Origin: Minisyncoccota bacterium
GTDB taxonomy: Bacteria > Patescibacteriota > Minisyncoccia > Phycocordibacterales > SBAW01
Length of the DNA stretch: 64,000 nt
Direction: 5' to 3'
Assembly (NCBI GenBank): GCA_018060985.1
Contig: JAGOUZ010000003.1
Span: forward strand, 47,356 to 111,355
The translations under genes and the position numbers were made by a program. Of this stretch, positions 8,854-17,512 are shown piece by piece. Below the pieces are notes generated by a model that searched no databases, was not told the DNA's origin, and saw nothing but the letters and a program-made list of their open reading frames with translations. The first letter of the stretch is position 1. The number at the start of each line of letters is the position of its first letter.

Positions 8854-10125
8854 ATGACTGGCTTTGGACAAAAACTAACACTCCTCCTCTCGGATCGAAG
8901 TATGCGCAACCGCATACTTTTTGTGCTCGGTGCCTTGGCCGTGTTTCGTGTTCTTTCAGCAATACCGATCCCTGGCATAGATGCGACCCAGCTCGAACTC
9001 TTTTTCTCTAACAACCAATTCTTCGGCCTCTTGAACCTATTTTCAGGCGGTGGCCTTTCAAGCCTTTCTATCGTGATGATGGGCGTTGCGCCATATATCA
9101 CTGCTTCGATTATCATGCAGCTCCTCACCCTTATGGTGCCGCGTTTTAAGCAGATGTATCAGGAAGAAGGGGAGCTCGGCCGCCAGAAGTTTGCGCAGTA
9201 TACGCGCTACCTTACCGTACCGCTCGCTATTGTTCAGGGTATCAGCTTCCTCCTTATCTTTGAGCGCGCAGGTGTACTTTCTATACTTTCGCCCTTCCAG
9301 TTTGCAACGAACCTCATTGTGGTGGCAGCAGGTTCGATCCTCCTTATGTGGATCGGCGAACTTATTTCGGAATATGGCATTGGTAACGGTGTCTCACTCA
9401 TTATCTTTGCGGGCATTGTGGCAGGACTCCCTACAAAGATCAGTCAGGCGCTCTTTACCTTCGACTCGACCCAGCTACCGGTATACCTCGCCTTTGCTGC
9501 CGCAGCTCTCCTTACGGTTGCTGCCGTGATCTTTATCTCTGAAGCCGAGCGTCCAGTGCCGGTAACCTACGCCAAACGCGTACGCGGTATGAAGTTCTTT
9601 GGCGGTGCCTCAACCTACTTGCCACTTCGCCTTAACCAGGCAGGCGTTATCCCGATTATCTTCGCACTCTCGTTCTTGCTGGTGCCGCAGATGTTTGCCA
9701 CCTTCTTCTCAACCTCAGGCAATGCAATGCTTGCCGGTATTGCGAACAGCATACTAGGTGCCCTTCAGAACATGACCATTTACGGCGGCCTCTACTTTAT
9801 TTTGGTGTTTTTCTTTACCTACTTCTACACCGCAGTTACGTTTGACCCACACCAGATCTCTGAAAACCTTCAGAAAAACGGCGCATTTATCCCGGGCGTA
9901 CGCCCAGGCGCTTCAACCCAGGAGCACTTGGGTAAGATCATCACTCGCACCACTTTTGTTGGCGCTCTCTTCCTTGCCATTATTGCCGTCTTGCCGATTG
10001 CCATGCAGTCGATAACCGGTATTCAAACGCTCGCTATCGGTGGTACGGCACTTCTCATTGTTGTCTCGGTTATCTTGGACCTCACGCGTCGCATTGACGC
10101 GCAGCTCTCGATTCGCGAGTACTAA
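8854..10125 (+). CDS. secY: preprotein translocase subunit SecY
   Basis: 423-aa multi-TM SecY-like ORF. Confidence 0.95.
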   Translation: MTGFGQKLTLLLSDRSMRNRILFVLGALAVFRVLSAIPIPGIDATQLELFFSNNQFFGLLNLFSGGGLSSLSIVMMGVAPYITASIIMQLLTLMVPRFKQMYQEEGELGRQKFAQYTRYLTVPLAIVQGISFLLIFERAGVLSILSPFQFATNLIVVAAGSILLMWIGELISEYGIGNGVSLIIFAGIVAGLPTKISQALFTFDSTQLPVYLAFAAAALLTVAAVIFISEAERPVPVTYAKRVRGMKFFGGASTYLPLRLNQAGVIPIIFALSFLLVPQMFATFFSTSGNAMLAGIANSILGALQNMTIYGGLYFILVFFFTYFYTAVTFDPHQISENLQKNGAFIPGVRPGASTQEHLGKIITRTTFVGALFLAIIAVLPIAMQSITGIQTLAIGGTALLIVVSVILDLTRRIDAQLSIREY

Positions 10126-10128
10126 CCC

Positions 10129-10701
10129 ATGGGTACGCTGATACTGATTGTCGGCTTACCAGGAAGCGGAAAAGGAACCCTCATTAAGTACGCGCGGGAA
10201 GTGTTTCCGGATTTTATATATCCAGCATCCTGGACTACCCGCGCAATGCGACCCGGGGAAGTAGAGGGAGAGGTATATCACTTTGCAACCAAGGAAGAAT
10301 TTGATGCAGCGGTAGAGCGCGGCGAATTTTTAGAGTGGGTTACGATCGACAACGGAAGTCAGTACGGCACGTTAAAAAAAGATTTTATTGAGCCGCTCAA
10401 AGCAGGGAAGCATGTCTTGCGCGAACTTGAAGTTGAAGGTGCTCGGGCGATGCGCAGCCTGCTGCCTGAGGCGCGCATTGTAAGTATCTTTTTGCCGGCT
10501 GGTACGTGGGAAGACCTAGAGGCGCGAATGCTCGCACGTGCTCCTATGAGCGAAGAAGAGCTTGCTGCCCGCAAAGCTCGGTATGAAAAAGAAGTCGCCT
10601 TTGAACAAGAAGCAGACCATGTGCTCAAAAATGAGTTCGGCAAACTTGATGAGACCAAGCAAAAGTTCGAAGAGCTTATTCGCAAAATCGTTCAAAATTA
10701 G
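10129..10701 (+). CDS. gmk: guanylate kinase
   Basis: P-loop GLPGSGKGT plus guanylate-kinase signature TTRAMRPGEVEGEVYHF. Confidence 0.85.
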   Translation: MGTLILIVGLPGSGKGTLIKYAREVFPDFIYPASWTTRAMRPGEVEGEVYHFATKEEFDAAVERGEFLEWVTIDNGSQYGTLKKDFIEPLKAGKHVLRELEVEGARAMRSLLPEARIVSIFLPAGTWEDLEARMLARAPMSEEELAARKARYEKEVAFEQEADHVLKNEFGKLDETKQKFEELIRKIVQN

Positions 10702-10714
10702 CTAGTATAAAAAC

Positions 10715-11314
10715 GTGGATAAACAAACACTTATTTTCTTAGGGACTCAGGGTAGTGGAAAGGGGACGCAGATTGGTTTGGCAAAAGAGTGGTTGGTGGC
10801 ACACGATGCCACAACACCCATCGTACATTTTGAAATGGGCAAGAACTTGCGCGAGCTCTCTACGCGGCAGGATTATACCGGCAAGCTCGCGAACGAGATT
10901 CTTCTTGGAGGCAACTTGATTCCGTACGCTATTTCCTCGGCGGTGTTTGCGCAGTACTTGATGAACAACATGCACACTGGTGACGAACATATTTTTATTG
11001 ACGGCTTTCCACGCACCGCAGACCAGGTGCCTACGCTCGACTCCGCGATGGACTACTACGGAAGAAAGCAGGTCACGGTAGTGGTGCTTAATATATCTGA
11101 CGAAGAGGCGGTGAAGCGTCTCTTGCCTCGTGGTCGCGCAGATGATACTGAAGAGGGTATACGCAAGCGCCTAAGTTGGTCGCGTGAGCAAACGATGCCG
11201 AACATTAAATGGTTTAAAGAGCATCCGGAGCGCTACAAAGTAGTAGAAGTGTTTGGCGAGCGGCCGATAGAAGAAGTTCAGGCGGACATTAGAAAGTTGA
11301 TAGGGTTTGTGTAA
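10715..11314 (+). CDS. adk: adenylate kinase
   Basis: GTQGSGKGTQ P-loop, ...DGFPRT..., R-x-D-D lid residues. Confidence 0.9.
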   Translation: MDKQTLIFLGTQGSGKGTQIGLAKEWLVAHDATTPIVHFEMGKNLRELSTRQDYTGKLANEILLGGNLIPYAISSAVFAQYLMNNMHTGDEHIFIDGFPRTADQVPTLDSAMDYYGRKQVTVVVLNISDEEAVKRLLPRGRADDTEEGIRKRLSWSREQTMPNIKWFKEHPERYKVVEVFGERPIEEVQADIRKLIGFV

Positions 11315-12070
11315 ATGATTGCAAGGACGCCCACACAAGTAGAAGGTCTGCGCGAAGCAGGTAAGCGCATGAGAATCGTCGTAGACGAGGTGATGGCGCT
11401 TGTGCGTCCCGGTGTTGGCTCTATGGAACTTGAGATGAAAGCGCGCGAGGTTACGGCAAGAGTTGAAGCAGAGCCGTCGTATTTAGGCTACAAAAACCAA
11501 GGCGAAGATGCCTACCCAGCAGCGCTCTGCGTCTCGGTAAATAATGAGATCGCACATAGTCCGCCGAAGCCGGAAAAAATTTTAAAAGCAGGCGACGTGG
11601 TTTCCGTAGACTTTGGTTTGGTATATAAAGGCTATTTTATGGATACCGCTTACACGGTTGCGGTGGGGGAGGTTGACGCAGCTGCAAAGAATTTGATTGA
11701 AGGCACCCGCGAAGCCCTGCCTGTTGCGATTGACGCTGCGCGGGTTGGGAATACGGTGGGAGATATTGGTGCGGCGGTAGAAAAGATGGCCAAGAAATAT
11801 AAACTTGGCATTGTTAAAGACCTGCGTGGCCATGGCGTTGGCAATGATGTGCACGAAGACCCAAACGTGCCGAACTTCGGCAAGGCAGGTAAGGGAGAAA
11901 AATTAGTAGAGGGTATGGTACTTGCTCTTGAACCTATTTTTGCAGAAGGTGGCGGCGCGCTCATAGATGGTGGTGATGGATTTACCTACAGTACCAGCGA
12001 TGGTTCGCGCGCAGCACATTTTGAGCACACTATCTTGATAACCAAAGACGGCCCTGAGATTTTGACGTAA
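11315..12070 (+). CDS. map: type I methionine aminopeptidase
   Basis: 251 aa with MetAP metal-ligand pattern (D..D..H..E..E). Confidence 0.95.
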   Translation: MIARTPTQVEGLREAGKRMRIVVDEVMALVRPGVGSMELEMKAREVTARVEAEPSYLGYKNQGEDAYPAALCVSVNNEIAHSPPKPEKILKAGDVVSVDFGLVYKGYFMDTAYTVAVGEVDAAAKNLIEGTREALPVAIDAARVGNTVGDIGAAVEKMAKKYKLGIVKDLRGHGVGNDVHEDPNVPNFGKAGKGEKLVEGMVLALEPIFAEGGGALIDGGDGFTYSTSDGSRAAHFEHTILITKDGPEILT

Positions 12071-12109
12071 GATCTTGCAAATTTACAAGAATATGGTAAT
12101 CTATCAGTC

Positions 12110-12697
12110 ATGAAAAACCCGAAGGAAGAGAAGACATTTGTACTGATTAAACCGGACGGCGTACGTAAGGGTTTGGTTGGAGAAATCGTCAAGCGCTTTG
12201 AACAGCGCGATCTCAAGATTGTGGCGTTGGAGATGTTCCATGCGACCCGCAAGGATATGGATGCCCACTATCCGACCAATGAGGTGTGGCTTAAACGTAT
12301 AGGGGAGAAGACCATGAGCACCTATACAAAGTATGGACATGACGTCACAAAGGACTTCGGGACTAATGATCTGCTTAAAATTGGCAAGACCGTACGCGGT
12401 TGGCTTCTTGATTTTATGGCGTCTGCTCCCATGGTAAAGATGGTGGTGCAGGGCGTGCACGCCGTAGACATGGTCCGCAAGATTGTGGGCCCAACCATGC
12501 CGTACTTGGCAGAAATGGGTACCATCCGTGGAGATTACTCGGCCGACTCGGCCATAAGCGCCAATGTAGAAAAGCGCGCCGTTTATAACTTGATCCACGC
12601 TTCAGAAACTCCTGAGGAAGCAAAGCACGAAATCGCTCACTGGTTTGGCAAAAGCCAGAACGTTTTCAAATACAAGCGCTTCGGTATCGACGAATAA
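12110..12697 (+). CDS. ndk: nucleoside diphosphate kinase with ~45-aa internal insertion
   Basis: FVLIKPDGVRKGLVGEIVKRFE... and active-site NLIHASET; 195 aa versus ~140 typical. Confidence 0.85.
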   Translation: MKNPKEEKTFVLIKPDGVRKGLVGEIVKRFEQRDLKIVALEMFHATRKDMDAHYPTNEVWLKRIGEKTMSTYTKYGHDVTKDFGTNDLLKIGKTVRGWLLDFMASAPMVKMVVQGVHAVDMVRKIVGPTMPYLAEMGTIRGDYSADSAISANVEKRAVYNLIHASETPEEAKHEIAHWFGKSQNVFKYKRFGIDE

Positions 12698-12730
12698 AGG
12701 TTTCGCAACATTCCTTCGGCCCTCTTTTGC

Positions 12731-12757
12731 TTGCACCTTGGCACAATTTGGTATACT
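12731..12757 (+). promoter_or_regulatory. candidate promoter with extended -10
   Basis: TTGCAC (12731-12736) ... TGgTATACT (12749-12757). Confidence 0.4.
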
Positions 12758-12763
12758 GGGGTA

Positions 12764-12915
12764 GGACTGAGGAAGCAAATGTCCTTAAGTGAATCTACAG
12801 GGAGTTTAATATTTTGCTCGGCCGTGGCCGGGCAGTGAAAACACCCACTTAGCTCAAGGTAGACACTTGCTTCCCTGGTCCGACAGAGGCCGTCCCGATC
12901 GAGGGGCGTTTTCTG
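12764..12915 (+). promoter_or_regulatory. structured 5' leader (possible riboregulator/attenuator) of the beta-CASP RNase gene
   Basis: 13-bp long-range helix GGAAGCAAAUGUC(12771-12783)/GACACUUGCUUCC(12869-12881) extended by GGAC/GUCC; internal hairpins; terminal GC hairpin (CGUCCC-gaucga-GGGGCG) followed by UUUUCUGU ~15 nt before the ATG, with no SD. Confidence 0.3.
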
Positions 12916-12928
12916 TAAAAGACTACCC

Positions 12929-14290
12929 ATGAAATCTACGATTTATTTTTACGGCGGGGCGGGGAAGGTAACTGGTGCCAATTTTTTACTCGACACGGGT
13001 AGCGCAAAATTTTTAATCGACTGCGGTCTTACCCAGGGCCATCATAGTGCCGAAGAAGATAACTGGGCGGCGTTTCCTTACAACCCGGCCGACGTGCAAT
13101 TTTTGATCATTACGCACGCGCACATAGACCACATTGGCCGCATACCGAAATTAGTTAAAGATGGCTTTAAGGGACGGATCGTTTCGACTGAAGCAACTAA
13201 GGCGCTTGCGGGGCCGCTCCTATTAGACAGCCAAGAGCTCTTGGCACACGAAGCGCAGAAGCATGGCAAGCCTGTCTTGTATGACGAGCACGATATCGCA
13301 CACGCCATGCAAAAGTGGGAAGGCCTGCCGTATCACAAACTAACCGAACTTGCGGACGGTGTTTCGCTCGAACTCCTCGATGCCGGACATATTTTAGGCT
13401 CGGCAATGGTGCGCTTTAGCCGGGGAGAAAAAAGAATTGTCTTTACCGGCGACCTTGGCGGTGGCAACTCGCCCCTTCTTGCACCTCACGACTCGCCGTC
13501 GCCTACAGACTATCTCGTAATGGAGAGTGTGTATGGCGATCGCGTGCGGCCGCAGGACAAAGACCGTCGCGAGGAGTTGGAGAATGTTATCGAAAATGCA
13601 GCCGCGCGCGGCGGGACGCTCTTGATCCCCGCATTTTCTACCGAGCGTACCCAAGACCTGCTCTATGAAATCGGCACCTTGATGAAAGAAAAACGCATTC
13701 CTACTATGCCGGTATACCTAGACTCGCCGCTTGCGACCAAAATCACGGCCGCCTATTTGGCTCATCCAGAGTATTTTGCTAAAGATATTGAGGATCGGGT
13801 AAAGGGCGGGGAGGGGATCTTTTCCTTCCCACAGCTCCACTTTGTTGAAGATGTAAAAGAGTCGCATAAGGTCACGGGGGTGCAGGGTCCAAAGATCATT
13901 TTGGCTGGTTCAGGGATGAGTAGCGGCGGCAGGATATATGGGCATGAGAAGGCGCTCCTCCCAGACCCAACCTCTACGCTGCTTATTGTGGGGTACCAGG
14001 CGGCGGGCTCTTTGGGGAGGCGGCTTATTGAAGGCGAAAAGCAGGTAAAGATAATGGGCGAGAGCGTGACGGTAAAGGCAAAGATAGAAGCCATTTACGG
14101 CTACTCGGCGCATATGGATGGCGAGCAACTCCTTGAGTTTGTTAATAAAAACCAGCAAGGCTTGAAACAGGTATTTGTGGTTATGGGCGAGCCGTCGGCG
14201 GCAAGCTTCTTGGTGCAGCGCATCCGCGACTATTTGAGTGTTAAGGCTACCAACCCCGAAGCGGGGGAACGGGCCGAGATTGAGTTATAA
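12929..14290 (+). CDS. MBL-fold beta-CASP ribonuclease (RNase J/CPSF-like)
   Basis: HAHIDH motif, beta-CASP-like C-terminal half, 453 aa. Confidence 0.85.
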   Translation: MKSTIYFYGGAGKVTGANFLLDTGSAKFLIDCGLTQGHHSAEEDNWAAFPYNPADVQFLIITHAHIDHIGRIPKLVKDGFKGRIVSTEATKALAGPLLLDSQELLAHEAQKHGKPVLYDEHDIAHAMQKWEGLPYHKLTELADGVSLELLDAGHILGSAMVRFSRGEKRIVFTGDLGGGNSPLLAPHDSPSPTDYLVMESVYGDRVRPQDKDRREELENVIENAAARGGTLLIPAFSTERTQDLLYEIGTLMKEKRIPTMPVYLDSPLATKITAAYLAHPEYFAKDIEDRVKGGEGIFSFPQLHFVEDVKESHKVTGVQGPKIILAGSGMSSGGRIYGHEKALLPDPTSTLLIVGYQAAGSLGRRLIEGEKQVKIMGESVTVKAKIEAIYGYSAHMDGEQLLEFVNKNQQGLKQVFVVMGEPSAASFLVQRIRDYLSVKATNPEAGERAEIEL

Positions 14291-14298
14291 TTGAGCCA

Positions 14299-14901
14299 AT
14301 GGATCCTCTCCACACGCACTTGCAGGTAAAGCTCTGTGTCTCGGGCGCCGCAGAGACCGGACACTGCGGCATTGATGCTTACGAAAAAGGTCTTGAGCTT
14401 GGGCGGCAGATTGCTAAGAACGATGCTGTCTTGGTTAACGGAGCAACAACCGGCTTCCCGCTGTGGGCGGCGATGGGTGCTAAAGAGGCAAAAGGTTTTG
14501 TGCTCGGCTTTTCTCCCGCGTCTACGGAGAAAGAACACATTGAGGTATATAACCTGCCGGTTGAGTATACCGACGTGATTGTGTATACCGGGTTTGGTTT
14601 CCCAGGGCGCGACCTTATTTTGACCCGATCATCAGACGCAGTACTGTTTGGTTGCGGGCGCATTGGCACGATACATGAATTTACTATTGCCTTTGAAGAT
14701 AAGAAACCGATAGGCATACTCGAGGCCGACTGGGACACCGACGAGGTGATAAAAAATATTATAGAAAATGGCCATCGGCCGAACGATAGGATTATCTTTG
14801 ACAGCGATCCGAAGGCGCTCGTGGAGCGCATTATTGAGATGGTGAACAAGGACAAAATTAACCGCGCCTCCTTCCGTTTTGCTCCCTCTGACGACTCGTA
14901 A
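14299..14901 (+). CDS. TIGR00725/LOG-family Rossmann-fold protein
   Basis: KLCVSGAAETG...AVLVNGATTGFPLWAAMGAKEAKGFVLGFSP pattern typical of the TIGR00725/LOG (SLOG) family. Confidence 0.7.
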   Translation: MDPLHTHLQVKLCVSGAAETGHCGIDAYEKGLELGRQIAKNDAVLVNGATTGFPLWAAMGAKEAKGFVLGFSPASTEKEHIEVYNLPVEYTDVIVYTGFGFPGRDLILTRSSDAVLFGCGRIGTIHEFTIAFEDKKPIGILEADWDTDEVIKNIIENGHRPNDRIIFDSDPKALVERIIEMVNKDKINRASFRFAPSDDS

Positions 14902-15051
14902 CCTTTGATAAGGGGCGTGGTTGTAATAGGCGGACCAGTTCTGGGAGGAAAACATGGTTGATAAAGCCGACCGTCAAGCCTTTGCTTCCGCCATGCTCAC
15001 TCTACTTCTCGCCCGGGTTCGCAAGTCCTAGACTCGCAGCCCCCCCAATAC

Positions 15052-15085
15052 AAAAGCCGTCGGATTCTCATCCGACGGCTTTTCT
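15052..15085. terminator. bidirectional intrinsic terminator
   Basis: AAAAGCCGTCGGAT-tctc-ATCCGACGGCTTTT between convergent genes. Confidence 0.6.
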
Positions 15086-15087
15086 TC

Positions 15088-15435
15088 TTACGAAACCTGC
15101 TTTACTACTCGTGCAAAACTTTCTGGAGCTTGCTCGGCGAGAGCGGCGAGCATCTTGCGGTTAAGAATCATACCCTTTTTGTGCATGGCACCCATGAGAC
15201 GGCTGTATGACATACCCTTTACATCGGTAAGGCCGGCGTTGATGCGGACATTAAAGAGGCGCTTAAAGTCATTCTTTTTGTCGCGGCGGTGAGCAAAGGC
15301 ATACTTACCAGCGTGAAAGATTGCTTCCTTTGCTGCGCGCTCCTTTTTAGAGCGGGCAAAACGATACCCCTTTACCTGTTTGAGAACGTTCCTGCGGCGC
15401 TTGGCCGATATTTTACCTCCTTTTACGCGTGCCAT
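15088..15435 (-). CDS. rplT: 50S ribosomal protein L20
   Basis: MARVKGGKISAKRRRNVLKQVKGYRF... Confidence 0.95.
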   Translation of the reverse strand: MARVKGGKISAKRRRNVLKQVKGYRFARSKKERAAKEAIFHAGKYAFAHRRDKKNDFKRLFNVRINAGLTDVKGMSYSRLMGAMHKKGMILNRKMLAALAEQAPESFARVVKQVS

Positions 15436-15440
15436 AAAAA

Positions 15441-15641
15441 TTAATTACGTGATTTAGACGCTGTGGTGATGTAGCGCTGGGTTACCTGCTTAGAAAGGTT
15501 GAGGGACTGTGAGCGGCGGCCATCCATCTGGGATGAGCGGCTTTCCTTAGCATTAAAGTGGTTCTGGCCTGGCTTACGTGCAATAACCTTACCGTTTTTG
15601 GTAATTTTAAGGCGCTTTGTAAATGATTTGTTGGTTTTCAT
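15441..15641 (-). CDS. rpmI: 50S ribosomal protein L35
   Basis: 66-aa basic protein between infC and rplT. Confidence 0.9.
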   Translation of the reverse strand: MKTNKSFTKRLKITKNGKVIARKPGQNHFNAKESRSSQMDGRRSQSLNLSKQVTQRYITTASKSRN

Positions 15642-15649
15642 GGTATTTC

Positions 15650-16165
15650 TTATTTTTTGCCCGCACGCTCGAGCACTGTGGAAAGGCCCTTGGGGCTCTT
15701 ACCGATAGGCTCGGCCAGTTTGTAGTCTCCCGGAATCAGCTTTAAAAATTGTTCAAGTCGGTCTTTAAGGAAGTTAAATTCCATGTACTTGTACCGCCCC
15801 CACAAAAAGAGGTCTACCTTGACCCGGTGCCCCTCGGCAAGCCATTCGGTTGCCTTACGGGCCTTAAGGTTAAGGTCGTTTTCGCCAGTCCCGATTTTAA
15901 CCTGGACCGACTTGGTTTCTGTGGTGTGCGATTTCGCCTTTATTTCACGGCGTTTTTTCTGCTGTTCGTATTGAAATTTACCATATTCCATGATCTTTGC
16001 AACCGGGGGGACCGCGTTGGGGGAGATCTCTATAAGGTCGAGGCCGAGGGCCTCGGCCTGGGAAATAGCCTCTGAAAGGGCGAGTACGCCAAGGTTTTCG
16101 CCCTCGGCGCCTATAACGCGTACTTCCGCGGAGCGGATCTGGTGGTTAATGCGAGTGTTATCCAA
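15650..16165 (-). CDS. infC: translation initiation factor IF-3
   Basis: IF3 N- and C-domains (EVRVIGAEGENLGVL...); start codon choice uncertain (IF3 commonly uses a non-AUG start). Confidence 0.9.
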   Translation of the reverse strand: MDNTRINHQIRSAEVRVIGAEGENLGVLALSEAISQAEALGLDLIEISPNAVPPVAKIMEYGKFQYEQQKKRREIKAKSHTTETKSVQVKIGTGENDLNLKARKATEWLAEGHRVKVDLFLWGRYKYMEFNFLKDRLEQFLKLIPGDYKLAEPIGKSPKGLSTVLERAGKK

Positions 16166-16335
16166 AGCTATAGTGACAAGACTATACCAACAAAAGCCGC
16201 TTTTGGCAATTTAGACCCTTTTCACCCCTTAAGCGGCACTGGGACGTTCTCTTTACTTTCATACTCCTTTTACTACTATGGGCCTTCGCCAAGGGCCGCG
16301 GTGGCTTTTGGTATTGAGTACAAGGAGAGTTCTTA

Positions 16336-16706
16336 TGAACGTTCGTAAAATGCTGATCGGCGCCGTGACTGCGGTAGCCACGATCGTTGCCGCTTCGACC
16401 GCATCTATCTCCGTTTCGGAAGCGAAACCGCTTTTCGCCAATGGGATCCACTTCCTCGGTAGCAAAGCGCCCAAGCCAGGCGCTACCCTGAAGTTCGGCT
16501 GTCCTGGAGTAGCGCTCGCCACCGGTGTCGTGAGTGACCGGCGGCATGCCATTGTCAACGGCGTGCAAGGGGGTGCCGTGTGCATTGCCGCGGTTTCGGC
16601 CGGAGCAATGCTCGGCGGCCCTGCGGGGGCTCTCGTGGGCGGTCTTGCTGCGGGCGTCATCGCGCCGGTGATCGCCGCTGGTCAGAAGCGCCGGCTGCAG
16701 CAATAG
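16336..16706 (+). CDS. small secreted/membrane glycine-zipper protein (hypothetical)
   Basis: Signal-peptide-like N-terminus then GGPAGALVGGLAAGVIAPVIAAG; GGAGAG RBS; the opposite-strand Arg-rich ORF looks like an antisense artefact. Confidence 0.5.
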
Positions 16707-16741
16707 CATTCCGGGTGTGTCTCTTGCGAGAGACGTCGTCA

Positions 16742-16785
16742 AAGGGTCGCGGACAAGAATATCCGCGGCCCTTTTTATTTTTTAT
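16742..16785 (+). terminator. intrinsic terminator
   Basis: AGGGTCGCGG...CCGCGGCCCT hairpin followed by TTTTTATTTTTT. Confidence 0.55.
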
Positions 16786-16944
16786 GTGTGCTTCACAAAA
16801 ACTCTTGTGATATCGAGTGATGCCGTTATACTAAAAAAAGAAGTTCTGTTAAGTAGAGCAAAAGTTGGGGCGATACTGCTTGGACTTTTTTTCTACTGAA
16901 CCGCAAATCCGGGGGAGCCGAGGGGGCAAAACCAGGAGTGCGTA

Positions 16945-17283
16945 ATGCGTATCATGAGTAACGTGTTGTTGGCAGTGTTGCCGCTTGTTGTGGCAACGCC
17001 AGCATTGGCGCTCAAGACCAGTTGGTATGAGTGCTGCAACCCCAAGACCGCTTACGGATATCCGTTTAGCGCGAATGACAAACACATTGCCGCATCCAAG
17101 AAGTTGGCCTATGGCACCAGGATCCTCCTTTCCTACAAGGGGAAGACGCTCTGCGTCACCGTGCGCGACAAGGGGCCATTCGTCGGTAACAGGGAGCTCG
17201 ACATCACCCGCGCCGGCGCCGAACATCTTGGCATGAAGAAGGCTGGCGTCGTCGACCTCCAGGCAAAAATCAACGGCTGCTAA
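16945..17283 (+). CDS. RlpA-like double-psi beta-barrel (DPBB) lipoprotein
   Basis: Signal peptide; SWYECCNP...AYGTRILLSYKGKTLCVTVRDKGPF...DITRAGAEHLG pattern of RlpA/3D-domain proteins. Confidence 0.75.
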   Translation: MRIMSNVLLAVLPLVVATPALALKTSWYECCNPKTAYGYPFSANDKHIAASKKLAYGTRILLSYKGKTLCVTVRDKGPFVGNRELDITRAGAEHLGMKKAGVVDLQAKINGC

Positions 17284-17297
17284 CAGCCAACCTGCTA

Positions 17298-17331
17298 AGG
17301 CGCGCGGTCTCCCGACCGCGCGCCTTTCTTT
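17298..17331 (+). terminator. intrinsic terminator after the RlpA-like gene
   Basis: GGCGCGCGGTC-tcccg-ACCGCGCGCC followed by TTTCTTT. Confidence 0.55.
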
Positions 17332-17349
17332 AATTGTGGAAGTGGGCGG

Positions 17350-17512
17350 GTTCAGTCACGAATAAACTTTTGTCGTCACAAAAGTTTTTCGCGACCCCGG
17401 CTCGCGGTTTTGCAATTGCAAAACATCGCTGCGCCCGTTCAACTCCGACGGCCGTGCCGGCCTTCTCACAGAAAATAAAAATAACCCTGCACAAGGCAGG
17501 GCATTTTTATTT
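17350..17512 (-). mobile_element. miniature insertion at the 3' end of ssrA (copy 1), flanked by direct repeats of the ssrA 3' terminus
   Basis: GTGGAAGTGGGCGG at 17336-17349 repeats 17515-17528 (ssrA acceptor/T-stem); the segment between carries a terminator hairpin, an inverted copy of the ssrA T-arm (17445-17460) and a multi-hairpin core with perfect palindrome TTTTGCAATTGCAAAA (17408-17423). Confidence 0.4.

Noticed and set aside
12764-12915. Possible 4.5S SRP RNA or 6S RNA in the ndk/beta-CASP intergenic region
   Set aside because: The long hairpin lacks the conserved SRP domain-IV motif (GGAA tetraloop with AGCAG/CAGG context). It ends in an attenuator-like terminator directly before a CDS, so it was kept as a cis-regulatory leader candidate instead.
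16182-16742. 186-aa minus-strand ORF, Arg-rich
   Set aside because: It is the antisense of a GC-rich region that encodes a plausible signal-peptide/Gly-zipper protein on the plus strand. It is low-complexity Arg/Pro-rich, typical of GC-rich antisense frames.
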